A DNA stretch of 40,439 nucleotides from Gammaproteobacteria bacterium (GTDB lineage: Bacteria > Pseudomonadota > Gammaproteobacteria > Thiohalorhabdales > Thiohalorhabdaceae). The notes under the pieces were generated by a model. It made no database searches. It was not told the DNA's origin and saw only the letters and a program-made list of their open reading frames with translations. Shown here one piece after another: positions 1-10,852 of the stretch; the stretch's first letter is position 1; each line of letters starts with the position of its first letter. Location of the stretch: assembly GCA_018609925.1 (NCBI GenBank), contig JAHEOG010000139.1, forward strand, positions 1 to 40,439, in the 5' to 3' direction. A program made the translations under genes and the position numbers.

Positions 1-1352
1 CGGTACAGGCCGAAGTCCTCCAACATCGCCGGGGGAGCGGGGAGGGGTCTCGACCCGTCCGGGTTCTCAAGCCCGAGGGCCAGCGGATCGTAATGGCCCA
101 GGCCGGCTGGCTTGATCGCCAGGGCACTGCCCCGTCCCACCGAGCCCGGTTCCAGCCCGGCCAGGAGGGCCCCATTGAGCTGGGTCCGGGGAATGAAAAG
201 GCCCAGGTGAGCTTCGTCCACGAGGCCGATGGCCTGACCTTCCGCAAGACCTACCGTTTCCGGACAGGATCCCACCGGATTGGCGTGGACTACACCGTGA
301 CCAACCAGGGCGCCGAGCCTTGGCAAGGCCAGGTCTACGGTCAGCTTCGGGAGCGGGGGAGCAAGCCCAGCCGGTTCTTCTTCGGGGATCTTAGCTACGA
401 CGGGCCCGTGGTCTTCGGCAAGGACGCCATGCATACCCCGGGACCCGGGGGCCTGCGGGAACGGGAGGACCAGAGGCTGGAAGTCCGGGATCCCGAAGGC
501 TGGAGCGGGGCCATGTCCCGCTATTTCCTGTCGGTATGGCTTCCGGAGCCGGACGCCGAGAGCGTCCTCTTTGCCCGGGCCAGCGAGCGCGACAGCTACG
601 CCGGGTTCACCGCGGCCTTTCCCACGGTGGCCCCGGGGAGCACCGCGACCCAAGGCCACGATCTCTTCCTGGGACCCAAGGAGCAGGCCCTGCTGGAATC
701 GACGGGCCGGAACCTGCGCCGGGCGGTGGACTACGGCATCCTCTCCTTCCTGGCGGTGCCTCTATTCAAGGTCCTGCAGTTCTTCCACTCCCTTGTCGGC
801 AACTACGGCGTCGCCATCATCCTGGTGGTGGTGGTGATCAAGCTCCTGTTCTATCCCCTGTTCACCATGAGCTATCGGGCTATGGCCAAGATGCGCAAGG
901 TCCAGCCCGAGCTCCAGCGGCTGCGGGAGGAGTACAGCGACGACCGCCAACGCCTCAATCAGGAGATGATGCGCCTGTACCGAGAGGAGAAGGTCAATCC
1001 CCTCGGGGGCTGCTTGCCCATCCTGGTCCAGATCCCCGTCTTTATCGCCTTGTACTGGGTCCTGCTGGAAAGCGTGGAGCTGCGCCACGAGCCATTCATG
1101 CTCTGGATCCAGGATCTCACCAGCCGGGACCCCCTCTACATCCTGCCCGTACTGATGGGTGCATCCATGGTCATCCAGCAGCTCATGAACCCGGCCCCGC
1201 TGGACCCGGTCCAAAAGAAGGTCATGCTGGCCCTGCCGGTGGTGTTCACCGTCTTCTTCATGCAGTTCCCGGCGGGGCTGGTCTTGTATTGGCTCACGAA
1301 CAACGTCCTCTCCATCGCGCAGCAGTGGTGGATCATGCGCCAGATCGAGTGA
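1..1352 (+). CDS. yidC: Membrane protein insertase YidC (5'-truncated by window edge)
   Basis: The frame of ORF 93..1352 stays open back to the window start. It has the YidC core motifs VDYG, GNYGVAII, KVNPLGGCLPILVQIPVFIALY, WIQDL..DPLYILP and GLVLYW..NN, and lies upstream of mnmE. Confidence 0.97.
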   Translation, partial: VQAEVLQHRRGSGEGSRPVRVLKPEGQRIVMAQAGWLDRQGTAPSHRARFQPGQEGPIELGPGNEKAQVSFVHEADGLTFRKTYRFRTGSHRIGVDYTVTNQGAEPWQGQVYGQLRERGSKPSRFFFGDLSYDGPVVFGKDAMHTPGPGGLREREDQRLEVRDPEGWSGAMSRYFLSVWLPEPDAESVLFARASERDSYAGFTAAFPTVAPGSTATQGHDLFLGPKEQALLESTGRNLRRAVDYGILSFLAVPLFKVLQFFHSLVGNYGVAIILVVVVIKLLFYPLFTMSYRAMAKMRKVQPELQRLREEYSDDRQRLNQEMMRLYREEKVNPLGGCLPILVQIPVFIALYWVLLESVELRHEPFMLWIQDLTSRDPLYILPVLMGASMVIQQLMNPAPLDPVQKKVMLALPVVFTVFFMQFPAGLVLYWLTNNVLSIAQQWWIMRQIE

Positions 1353-2668
1353 GCCCGCGGACCATCGCGGCCATCGCCACTCCCCCCGGTAAGGGAGGGG
1401 TGGGCATCGTCCGGCTATCCGGACCGCTTTCCCGGGATATCGCCCTCGCCCTTTCCGGGCGCCGCCACCTCGCTCCCCGCTACTGCCACTTCGTGACCTT
1501 TCGGGATCGCCACAGCCAGCCTCTGGACCGGGGGTTGGTTATCTACTTCCCCGGTCCCCATTCCTTCACCGGGGAGGATATGGCCGAGCTTCACGGCCAC
1601 GGGGGCCCCGCGGTCCTCGCCGGACTCCTCGCAGCCGCGCGGGAGGCGGGAGCCGAGGATGCCAACCCCGGGGAGTTCACCGAGCGGGCCTTTCTCCATG
1701 ATCGATTGGATCTGAGCCAGGCGGAGGCCGTGGCTAGCTTGATCGAGGCCGACCACGACAGCGCCGCCCGGGCTGCCCTGCGTTCCCTAGACGGGGAGAT
1801 GGGCCGCCTGGTGAACGAGCTGGATGAAGCTCTGACGGAGCTGCGGGTGTTCGTTGAGGGGGCTTTGGACTTCCCCGATGAGGATGTGGATCTGCTGGGG
1901 GAGGGCCAGATCCTGGAGCGCATCGACGATCTCCTGGGCCGGTTGGATCGGCTTCGGGAGCGCGCCGCCGGCGGGGTGCGCCTGGGCCGGGGCTATCGAG
2001 TGGTTCTCACCGGGCGGCCCAACGCCGGGAAGTCCAGCCTCCTCAACGCCCTGGCCGGTCGGGAGGCGGCCATTGTTACCGAGCGAGGGGGCACCACGCG
2101 CGATGTTTTGCGGGAATCGGTTGCGATCGCGGGAACCCCGGTGGAGCTCACCGATACCGCCGGGCTCTGCGAGGCCGAGGACCGGATCGAGCAAGAGGGC
2201 GTGCGCCGGGCCCGGGAGACCTTCTATTCCGCCGATCTGGTTGTCTTCCTGGTGGACGCGGCCGTCGGCTGGAACGAGGAAGACTTCGCCCAATGGCAGC
2301 GACTGCCCGTGGACCGTCGACACTGGCTGTGGTCCAAGGTGGACCAGGCACCGAAGGGTGTCGATGGGGGCGGGGTCTCCACGGTGAGGGAAGGCGGATT
2401 GGAGCCGTTGACCGAGCTTTTGCGGACCCGCCTCCTGGACGCGGAGCCCCAGGATGCCCTCGGTGCCCGGGAGCGCCACCTGGAAGTCCTCGAACGGGCT
2501 CGGGGGCACCTCGAAACCGGCCGACAGGCCTTTGCCGGGTACGGCAGCGGCGATCTGGTAGCCCAGGACCTGCGCTGGGCCCAGGAGGCGCTGGGCGAGA
2601 TCACCGGACGTCTCCATTCGGATGACCTCCTGGGCCGGGTCTTCGCCACCTTCTGTATCGGCAAATAG
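1349..2668 (+). CDS. mnmE: tRNA modification GTPase MnmE (TrmE)
   Basis: GTG start overlaps the yidC stop (GTGA). Motifs TIAAIATPPGKGGVGIVRLSG, PGEFTERAF, GRPNAGKSS, GTTRD, DTAG and C-terminal FCIGK. The first 271 aa of the 710-aa track ORF are a spurious extension. Confidence 0.97.
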   Translation: MSPRTIAAIATPPGKGGVGIVRLSGPLSRDIALALSGRRHLAPRYCHFVTFRDRHSQPLDRGLVIYFPGPHSFTGEDMAELHGHGGPAVLAGLLAAAREAGAEDANPGEFTERAFLHDRLDLSQAEAVASLIEADHDSAARAALRSLDGEMGRLVNELDEALTELRVFVEGALDFPDEDVDLLGEGQILERIDDLLGRLDRLRERAAGGVRLGRGYRVVLTGRPNAGKSSLLNALAGREAAIVTERGGTTRDVLRESVAIAGTPVELTDTAGLCEAEDRIEQEGVRRARETFYSADLVVFLVDAAVGWNEEDFAQWQRLPVDRRHWLWSKVDQAPKGVDGGGVSTVREGGLEPLTELLRTRLLDAEPQDALGARERHLEVLERARGHLETGRQAFAGYGSGDLVAQDLRWAQEALGEITGRLHSDDLLGRVFATFCIGK

Positions 2669-2677
2669 GAGCCGCCC

Positions 2678-4546
2678 ATGGGTCAGGCCTATGCAGTGCT
2701 CGTCGTAGGGGGTGGCCACGCCGGCGTGGAGGCCGCCACCGCCGCCGCCCGGATGGGGGCCCGGACGCTGCTGGTGACCCACAACCTGGATACCATCGGC
2801 CAGATGTCGTGCAATCCGGCTGTCGGGGGCCTGGGGAAGTCCCAGCTCGCCCGCGAGGTTGATGCCCTGGACGGGGTTATGGCCCGTGCCGCGGACCGGG
2901 CCGCCATCCAGGTGCGGGTCCTGAACCGGCGCAAGGGCCCGGCGGTGCGGGCCACTCGGGCCCAGACGGACCGCCTGGAGTACCGGCGGGCCGTGCAGGA
3001 AGCCGTCCTGGCCCAGCCCGGATTGGAGTACCTCCAGTCGAGCGTGCAGCGGCTGTGGATCGAAGGGGACCGGGTCCGGGGGGTGGTCCTGCCCGGTGAA
3101 GTGGCCCTGGAGGCCCGGACCGTGGTTCTGACCACCGGTACCTTCCTGGCCGGTCGGGTCCACCGCGGCTCGGACCGCGAAGACGCCGGTCGGGCTGGGG
3201 AGGCCCCGTCCCAGGGGCTGGCGGAATGGCTCCGAGCTCAGGGGTTCCACGTGGAACGCCTGAAGACCGGGACGCCCCCCCGCCTCGACGGGCGCAGCAT
3301 TGACTGGCAGCGCCTGGATCCGCAGCCGGGGGAGGAGCCCCTGCCCCGGCTGTCGGCCGAGCCACCGGAGCGCCGGCTCCCCCAGGTCCCCTGCTACCTC
3401 ACTACCACCACACCCGAGGCCCACCAGGCCGTGCGCTCCGCCCTAGATGAGTCCCCGATCTTTTCTGGGGCCATCGAGAGCGCCGGTCCCCGCTACTGCC
3501 CCTCCATCGAGGACAAGGTGGTGCGCTTCCCCGACCGGGAGGGCCACACCGTCTTCCTGGAGCCGGAGGGCCTGCATACCCCCGAGGTCTATCCCAACGG
3601 CATTTCCACCAGCCTGCCGGGCTCCGCGCAGGAAGGCTTGGTCCGCGCCATTCCGGGGTTGGAGGCTGCCCGGGTAACCCGCTACGGCTACGCCATCGAG
3701 TACGATTTCCTCGATCCCCGCCAGCTCCAGCCCAGCCTGGCCTTGCGGGAGCTGGACGGGCTCTTCCTGGCTGGCCAGATCAATGGCACCACCGGCTACG
3801 AGGAGGCGGCGGCCCAGGGCGTCCTTGCCGGGATCAACGCAGCCCGGCGGGATCAGGGGGCCGAGCCTTGGTGGCCCTCGCGGGAGGAGGCCTACATGGG
3901 GGTGCTGGTGGACGATCTGGTCACCCGGGGTGTGGACGAGCCTTACCGCATGCTGACCTCCCGGGCCGAGCACCGGCTCCACCTGCGCGAGGACAATGCC
4001 GAGTCCCGCCTGGCGCCGGTCGGCCGGGAGCTAGGGGTGGTAGGCGACACGCGCTGGCAGCGATTCGAGGCGGCCCAGGCCGAGCTCGACCAGCTGCTCG
4101 GGATCCTGGAGGGGCAGTGGCTCGATCCCCAGCAGGTGGGGGCCGATCGGGCCGAGGCGGTCATAGGCGGGCCCCTGTCCAAGCCCAGTCGGCTGGCCGA
4201 CCTGCTGCGCCGGCCCGAGGTGGGACTGGACCAGATCGCCCGCTTGAGCTCTATTTGGGAGCTGGAGGGGTTCTCGGCGGAGATCCGGGAGCGGGCCGAG
4301 ATCGAGGTCAAGTATGCTGGCTACATCCAGCGGGACCGGACTGAGCACCAGCGCCTGGAAGCCGAGCTCGATCGCCCCCTGCCGAAGGACCTGGAGTACC
4401 GCGCGATCCGGGGCCTTTCCAACGAGGTCGTGCAACGCCTGGAGGCAGCCCGCCCGGGCACCCTGGCCCAGGCCTCCCGAATCCAGGGCGTGACCCCCGC
4501 GGCCCTGAGCCTCTTGCGGGTGCACGCGAAGCGCCGGGTGGGGTAG
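2678..4546 (+). CDS. mnmG: tRNA uridine 5-carboxymethylaminomethyl modification enzyme MnmG (GidA)
   Basis: Motifs VVGGGHAGVEAA, MSCNPAVGG, RLKTGTPPR, GPRYCPSIEDK and AGQINGTTGYEEAAAQG. Confidence 0.98.
   Translation: MGQAYAVLVVGGGHAGVEAATAAARMGARTLLVTHNLDTIGQMSCNPAVGGLGKSQLAREVDALDGVMARAADRAAIQVRVLNRRKGPAVRATRAQTDRLEYRRAVQEAVLAQPGLEYLQSSVQRLWIEGDRVRGVVLPGEVALEARTVVLTTGTFLAGRVHRGSDREDAGRAGEAPSQGLAEWLRAQGFHVERLKTGTPPRLDGRSIDWQRLDPQPGEEPLPRLSAEPPERRLPQVPCYLTTTTPEAHQAVRSALDESPIFSGAIESAGPRYCPSIEDKVVRFPDREGHTVFLEPEGLHTPEVYPNGISTSLPGSAQEGLVRAIPGLEAARVTRYGYAIEYDFLDPRQLQPSLALRELDGLFLAGQINGTTGYEEAAAQGVLAGINAARRDQGAEPWWPSREEAYMGVLVDDLVTRGVDEPYRMLTSRAEHRLHLREDNAESRLAPVGRELGVVGDTRWQRFEAAQAELDQLLGILEGQWLDPQQVGADRAEAVIGGPLSKPSRLADLLRRPEVGLDQIARLSSIWELEGFSAEIRERAEIEVKYAGYIQRDRTEHQRLEAELDRPLPKDLEYRAIRGLSNEVVQRLEAARPGTLAQASRIQGVTPAALSLLRVHAKRRVG
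3243..3258. promoter_or_regulatory. parS site (ParB-binding centromere) inside mnmG
   Basis: GGTTCCACGTGGAACG has a perfect 14-bp core palindrome GTTCCACGTGGAAC, matching the parS consensus TGTT(T/C)CACGTG(A/G)AACA. Confidence 0.8.
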
Positions 4547-4561
4547 GGGCCGGGGAAAAGT

Positions 4562-4591
4562 TTGGCGGGGGTCACCGGCGGCGGGTATCCT
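4562..4591 (+). promoter_or_regulatory. Possible sigma70 promoter of parAB
   Basis: TTGGCG-N18-TATCCT in the mnmG-parA gap, just upstream of the parS palindrome. Motif match only. Confidence 0.35.
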
Positions 4592-4612
4592 CCTTCCCTG
4601 GGGATCGCCGAA

Positions 4613-4628
4613 GGTTCCACGTGGAACC
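4613..4628. promoter_or_regulatory. parS site upstream of parA
   Basis: GGTTCCACGTGGAACC, part of a perfect 18-bp palindrome AGGTTCCACGTGGAACCT (4612-4629) in the intergenic gap before parAB. Confidence 0.9.
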
Positions 4629-4705
4629 TCCCGGAAGATCCCGAGACCCGCCCCGCTCGACGGGGCCCATCGCTCACCCCTCTCCACCTCGAGCGAGGAG
4701 CGCCC

Positions 4706-5488
4706 ATGGGCAAGGTGATCGCGGTAGCCAACCAGAAAGGTGGTGTCGGCAAAACCACCACCTCGGTGAACCTCGCCGCCTCCCTGGCTGTGGCCGAGCA
4801 ATCGGTCCTGGTGGTCGATCTCGATCCCCAGGGCAACGCCACCATGGGGCTGGGCTACGACAAGAACGCCCAGGAAACCACCGTGTATCCGGTCCTCATG
4901 GAGGACCTGCCAGTGGCGGAGGCCATAATCCGGCCGGAGGTTGGGACCGCCAGTCAGGTCCCGGACCTGGTTCCGAGCAATGCCAATCTGTCGGGGGCCG
5001 AGGTGGAGCTCGTGGATCAGGAGAACCGCGAGCGCCGCCTGCGCGCCGCCCTCGACGGGATCCAGGACCGCTACGACTACATCCTGATCGACTGTCCCCC
5101 CTCGTTGAACCTCCTCACGGTCAATGCCCTGGTGGCCGCAAGCTCCGCGCTCATCCCCGTCCAGTGCGAATACTACGCCCTGGAGGGCCTCTCCCAGCTC
5201 ATGGAGGTTATCCAGAAGGTGCGCCGGCGCGCCAATCCCCAGCTGCGCATCGAAGGGCTCCTGCTCACCATGTTCGACGGCCGCAACAACCTGGCCAATC
5301 AGGTCTCCGAGGAGGTTCGCAGCCATTTCGGGCGCAAGGTCTACGAAACGGTGATCCCACGCAACGTGCGGCTCGGGGAGGCGCCCAGCTACGGTCGGCC
5401 CGTGCTCTACTACGACGCCCTGTGCCGGGGCTCGCGCTCCTACCTGGATCTGGCCAAAGAGCTCATGGATCTGGAGGTGCCGGCATGA
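4706..5488 (+). CDS. parA: Chromosome partitioning ATPase ParA (Soj)
   Basis: ATG at 4706 after GAGGAG. Deviant Walker A NQKGGVGKTT, DLDPQGNAT, IDCPPSL and IPRNVRLGEAPSYG. Confidence 0.97.
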   Translation: MGKVIAVANQKGGVGKTTTSVNLAASLAVAEQSVLVVDLDPQGNATMGLGYDKNAQETTVYPVLMEDLPVAEAIIRPEVGTASQVPDLVPSNANLSGAEVELVDQENRERRLRAALDGIQDRYDYILIDCPPSLNLLTVNALVAASSALIPVQCEYYALEGLSQLMEVIQKVRRRANPQLRIEGLLLTMFDGRNNLANQVSEEVRSHFGRKVYETVIPRNVRLGEAPSYGRPVLYYDALCRGSRSYLDLAKELMDLEVPA

Positions 5489-6354
5489 GCGAGCGCCGGT
5501 TGGGGCGCGGCCTGGATGCCCTGCTCGGGGAAGGCGCCGAGGCCGGCGTCGAAAGCGAGGCCCCGGTCCAGGAGCTCCCCTTGGACATGATCCGCCCCGG
5601 CAGCCACCAGCCGCGCAAGCGGATCGATCCAGAGGCGCTGGAGGAGCTGGCGGAATCCATCCGCAGCCAGGGCATCGTCCAGCCCATCGTGGTCCGCTCG
5701 CGGGAGGATCGCGGGGACTACGAGCTGATCGCCGGGGAGCGCCGATGGCGCGCCGCCCAGCTTGCGGAGCGGGCCACCATTCCGGCCATGGTTCGGGACC
5801 TCACCGGGGACGAGGCGCTGGAGATTGCCCTCATCGAGAACATCCAGCGCGAGGAGCTCAGTCCCATGGAGGAGGCCCGGGCCTTCGACCGCCTAACCCG
5901 TGAGTTCGGGCTTACCCACGAGGCCCTGGCCGAGCAGGTGGGTCGCAAGCGGGCAACCATCTCCAATGCCTTGCGCCTGCTCCGCCTCCCCGCCGAGGTC
6001 CAGGAGGCCCTGGACGAGGGCAGCCTGCGCATGGGCCATGCCCGGGCCCTGCTCGCCTTGGAGGGGGACGAGCGCCTGGGGGAGATCGCCCGCGAGGTGG
6101 TGACCAAGGGCCTCTCCGTCCGGGCCACGGAGGAGCGGGTGCGCCGGGCCCTGGAAGGGCAGAGCAGCCAGCGCTCCCAGGGGGCCGCCAACCGCAAGGA
6201 CCCCGATGTCCAGCGCCTGGAAGAGGAGCTGGGGGAGCGCCTCGGGGCCCGGGTTCGGATTACCCAGCGCAAGGACCGCGGGCGGTTGGAGGTGGAATAC
6301 GCCTCCCTCGAGGAGCTGGAAGGCCTCATCGATCGCCTGCGCCGCAGCTTCTGA
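5485..6354 (+). CDS. parB: Chromosome partitioning protein ParB (Spo0J)
   Basis: ATGA overlap with parA. Motifs LGRGLDALL, QPR, GIVQPIVVR, IAGERRWRAA and ENIQREEL, plus an HTH region. Confidence 0.97.
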   Translation: MSERRLGRGLDALLGEGAEAGVESEAPVQELPLDMIRPGSHQPRKRIDPEALEELAESIRSQGIVQPIVVRSREDRGDYELIAGERRWRAAQLAERATIPAMVRDLTGDEALEIALIENIQREELSPMEEARAFDRLTREFGLTHEALAEQVGRKRATISNALRLLRLPAEVQEALDEGSLRMGHARALLALEGDERLGEIAREVVTKGLSVRATEERVRRALEGQSSQRSQGAANRKDPDVQRLEEELGERLGARVRITQRKDRGRLEVEYASLEELEGLIDRLRRSF

Positions 6355-6370
6355 AGCTCCGCCCAGGCAA

Positions 6371-6399
6371 TTGACTTCGGTCCCGCACTGCCTTAGTAT
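6371..6399 (+). promoter_or_regulatory. sigma70 promoter of the atp operon
   Basis: TTGACT-N17-TAGTAT, close to consensus, in the parB-atpI gap. Confidence 0.75.
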
Positions 6400-6573
6400 C
6401 CGCGCCGACTTCAGGCCGGTGCCTGGGTCGGTGCTGGGCCGTTCGCCTCCAAACCCTGGCAGCGCGCAAGGGCCTCGCCCCCTTCCGGCGGCCCGGGGCG
6501 GCCGCCGCCGCGCGCACGGCCACCCTTCCTAGCGGTCCCCCCCGCGTCCAAAGCCGCGGGGAAGGGGGAGCCT

Positions 6574-6975
6574 GTGGCCTACCAGCGGGAGCTGATCCGG
6601 CAGACAGGGCGCACCATCGCCCGACAAGTCACGGCCGTCGGGGTGTTGGCCGCAGGCTTGGCTTGGTCGGGCCAGCCCGACTGGGCCCTGGGCTTGGCCT
6701 ACGGGGGAGGCCTCGCGGTTCTGCTGGCGGCCATGCTGGCGGCGAGTCTCCTGGGGGCCGCAGAGCGAGGCCAGCAAGGGGGGGCGGCTTGCCTGTACCG
6801 GGGGGCGATCCAGCGCTTCCTGGTGGTCGGCTTGGCCATCGGGATCGCGGCCGAGGGCCTTGAGCTGCACGTCGGCGGGGTCATTCTGGCCCTGGTCCTG
6901 GCCCATATTGTCAGCTTCATTGAGGCGGCCCGCCTGTACGGGGCTCCCTCTTCGGAAGGCCACCAAACCCAGTAA
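6574..6975 (+). CDS. atpI: ATP synthase protein I (AtpI/UncI)
   Basis: 133-aa hydrophobic protein with about 4 TM segments, directly upstream of atpB. GTG start after GGGGAG. Confidence 0.8.
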   Translation: MAYQRELIRQTGRTIARQVTAVGVLAAGLAWSGQPDWALGLAYGGGLAVLLAAMLAASLLGAAERGQQGGAACLYRGAIQRFLVVGLAIGIAAEGLELHVGGVILALVLAHIVSFIEAARLYGAPSSEGHQTQ

Positions 6976-7824
<849 letters not shown>

Positions 7825-7889
7825 GGCAGCCCCTAGGGCACGGCCCAGGCTGAACCGTTCAACCGAACCCGTAACCGCAGGAGGAACCG

Positions 7890-8141
7890 ATGGAACCCGC
7901 CACCCTGATCACCGCGGCAACCGCGATCGCTGTCGGCATTATCCTGGGCGCCGCCGGCCTGGGCTCGGCCCTGGGCTGGGGCATGATCACCGCCAAGGCC
8001 CTGGAAGGCATCGCCCGTCAGCCGGAGATGCGGCCCCAGCTCCTGACGAATACCTTCATCTTTGCCGGTCTGATGGAGTCGTTCCCGTTCATCGTCCTGG
8101 CCCTGGCGCTGTGGTTCGTCTTCGCCAACCCGTTCCTGTAG
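7890..8141 (+). CDS. atpE: F0 ATP synthase subunit c
   Basis: 83 aa with two TM helices, ARQPE loop and ion-binding Glu in GLMESFP. Strong RBS AGGAGG. Confidence 0.98.
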   Translation: MEPATLITAATAIAVGIILGAAGLGSALGWGMITAKALEGIARQPEMRPQLLTNTFIFAGLMESFPFIVLALALWFVFANPFL

Positions 8142-8208
8142 GAAGCGCGATTGAGCGGCCGACCGTGGGGAAGGCCGCTCCAACGGGAGTAAGCAGAGGG
8201 GAAACGCC

Positions 8209-8679
8209 TTGAACTTGAACCTCACGCTGATCGGCCAGGCCATTACCTTCGTGGTCTTCATCTGGCTGTTCCAGCGCTACGTCTACGCCCCCGTCCATGC
8301 CGCCATGGCCAACCGCAAGCAGCGGATCGAGGAAGGTCTGGAGGCGGCCGAGAAAGGGCAAAAGGAACAGGAGCTCGCCGAGAAGCGGGCCCAGGAGACG
8401 ATCGCCGAAGCCAAGGAAAAGGCGCAGGAGATGGTGTCCGCCGCCGAACGCCGGGCCAACGAGATCCGGGAAGAGGCCACCAGCCAGGCTCGTCAGGAGG
8501 CGGACCGGATCCTGGCTAACGCCCGGGAGGAGGCCGAGCAGGAAAAGAACCGGGCGCGCGAGGAGCTCAAGCAGCAGGTGGCCGACCTGGCGGTGGAAGG
8601 GGCCGAGAAGATCCTCGAGCGAGAGATCGACGAGAAGGCCCATTCCGAAGTCCTCGACCGGCTCGTGAACCGGCTGTAG
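8209..8679 (+). CDS. atpF: F0 ATP synthase subunit b
   Basis: [19 protein letters not shown] start (TTG), a charged coiled coil and AVEGAEKIL. Confidence 0.97.
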   Translation: MNLNLTLIGQAITFVVFIWLFQRYVYAPVHAAMANRKQRIEEGLEAAEKGQKEQELAEKRAQETIAEAKEKAQEMVSAAERRANEIREEATSQARQEADRILANAREEAEQEKNRAREELKQQVADLAVEGAEKILEREIDEKAHSEVLDRLVNRL

Positions 8680-8689
8680 GGAGGCATCC

Positions 8690-9226
8690 ATGGCCGACGC
8701 CCACACCATCGCGCGCCCCTACGCCGAGGCGGTCTTCGAGCTGGCCCAGGACCGGGGGGAGCTGGCGCAGTGGGAGCAGACCCTTTCCCTGATGGCGCGG
8801 ATCGCCTCCGACGAGGGGATGGAGCGTCTCCTGGGGGACCCCCGGGTTGCCCAGGAGCGCCAGGCGAAGGTCTTCCGGGAGGTCGCAGGGGACCAGCTGG
8901 GCAAGGAAGCCGACCGCTTCCTGGACACCCTGTTCGCCAACGACCGGGTAACCTACCTCCCGGACATCTATGAGATCTTTCGCGAGCTTCGCCGGGAGGC
9001 CGAAGGCGAGATCCACGCCGTTGTCACCTCGGCGGTCCCCCTCTCCGAGGAGCAGCAGGCAACCGTCATCTCCCGCCTGAAGGAGCGGTTCGGTCAGGAG
9101 GTGACCCTGGACACGGAAGTGGATGAGTCCCTGTTGGGGGGGATGGTAATTCGGGCGGGGGATCTGGTGATCGACGGCTCCGTGCGGGGTGGGCTGGAGC
9201 AGCTCCGCAACCATTTGCAAGCCTAA
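8690..9226 (+). CDS. atpH: F1 ATP synthase subunit delta
   Basis: Motifs TIARPYAEAVF and VDESLLGGMVIRAGDLVIDGSV. Confidence 0.97.
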   Translation: MADAHTIARPYAEAVFELAQDRGELAQWEQTLSLMARIASDEGMERLLGDPRVAQERQAKVFREVAGDQLGKEADRFLDTLFANDRVTYLPDIYEIFRELRREAEGEIHAVVTSAVPLSEEQQATVISRLKERFGQEVTLDTEVDESLLGGMVIRAGDLVIDGSVRGGLEQLRNHLQA

Positions 9227-9283
9227 ACGGTACGGGCCACTCCAGGGGGAAGGGCCCCGGCCGGCCGCGAGGAGAGCGAATCG

Positions 9284-10828
<1,545 letters not shown>

Positions 10829-10852
10829 GCGGGCTCCCGTCAGGAGAGCGGA

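Noticed and set aside
536-1348. N-terminal 271 aa of the 710-aa ORF 536..2668
   Set aside because: It is an alternate-frame overlap with yidC that is rich in G/P/R/A. MnmE homology starts at GTG 1349.
2669-2677. E. coli-style oriC upstream of mnmG (gidA)
   Set aside because: The gap is only 9 bp and contains just the RBS.
4562-5484. Long N-terminal extensions of the parA (4562) and parB (4621) ORFs
   Set aside because: These are high-GC open-frame artefacts. The RBS-supported or coupled starts are 4706 and 5485. The same applies to prmA (35481 versus 35814) and the DsbD-domain gene (32495 versus 32636).
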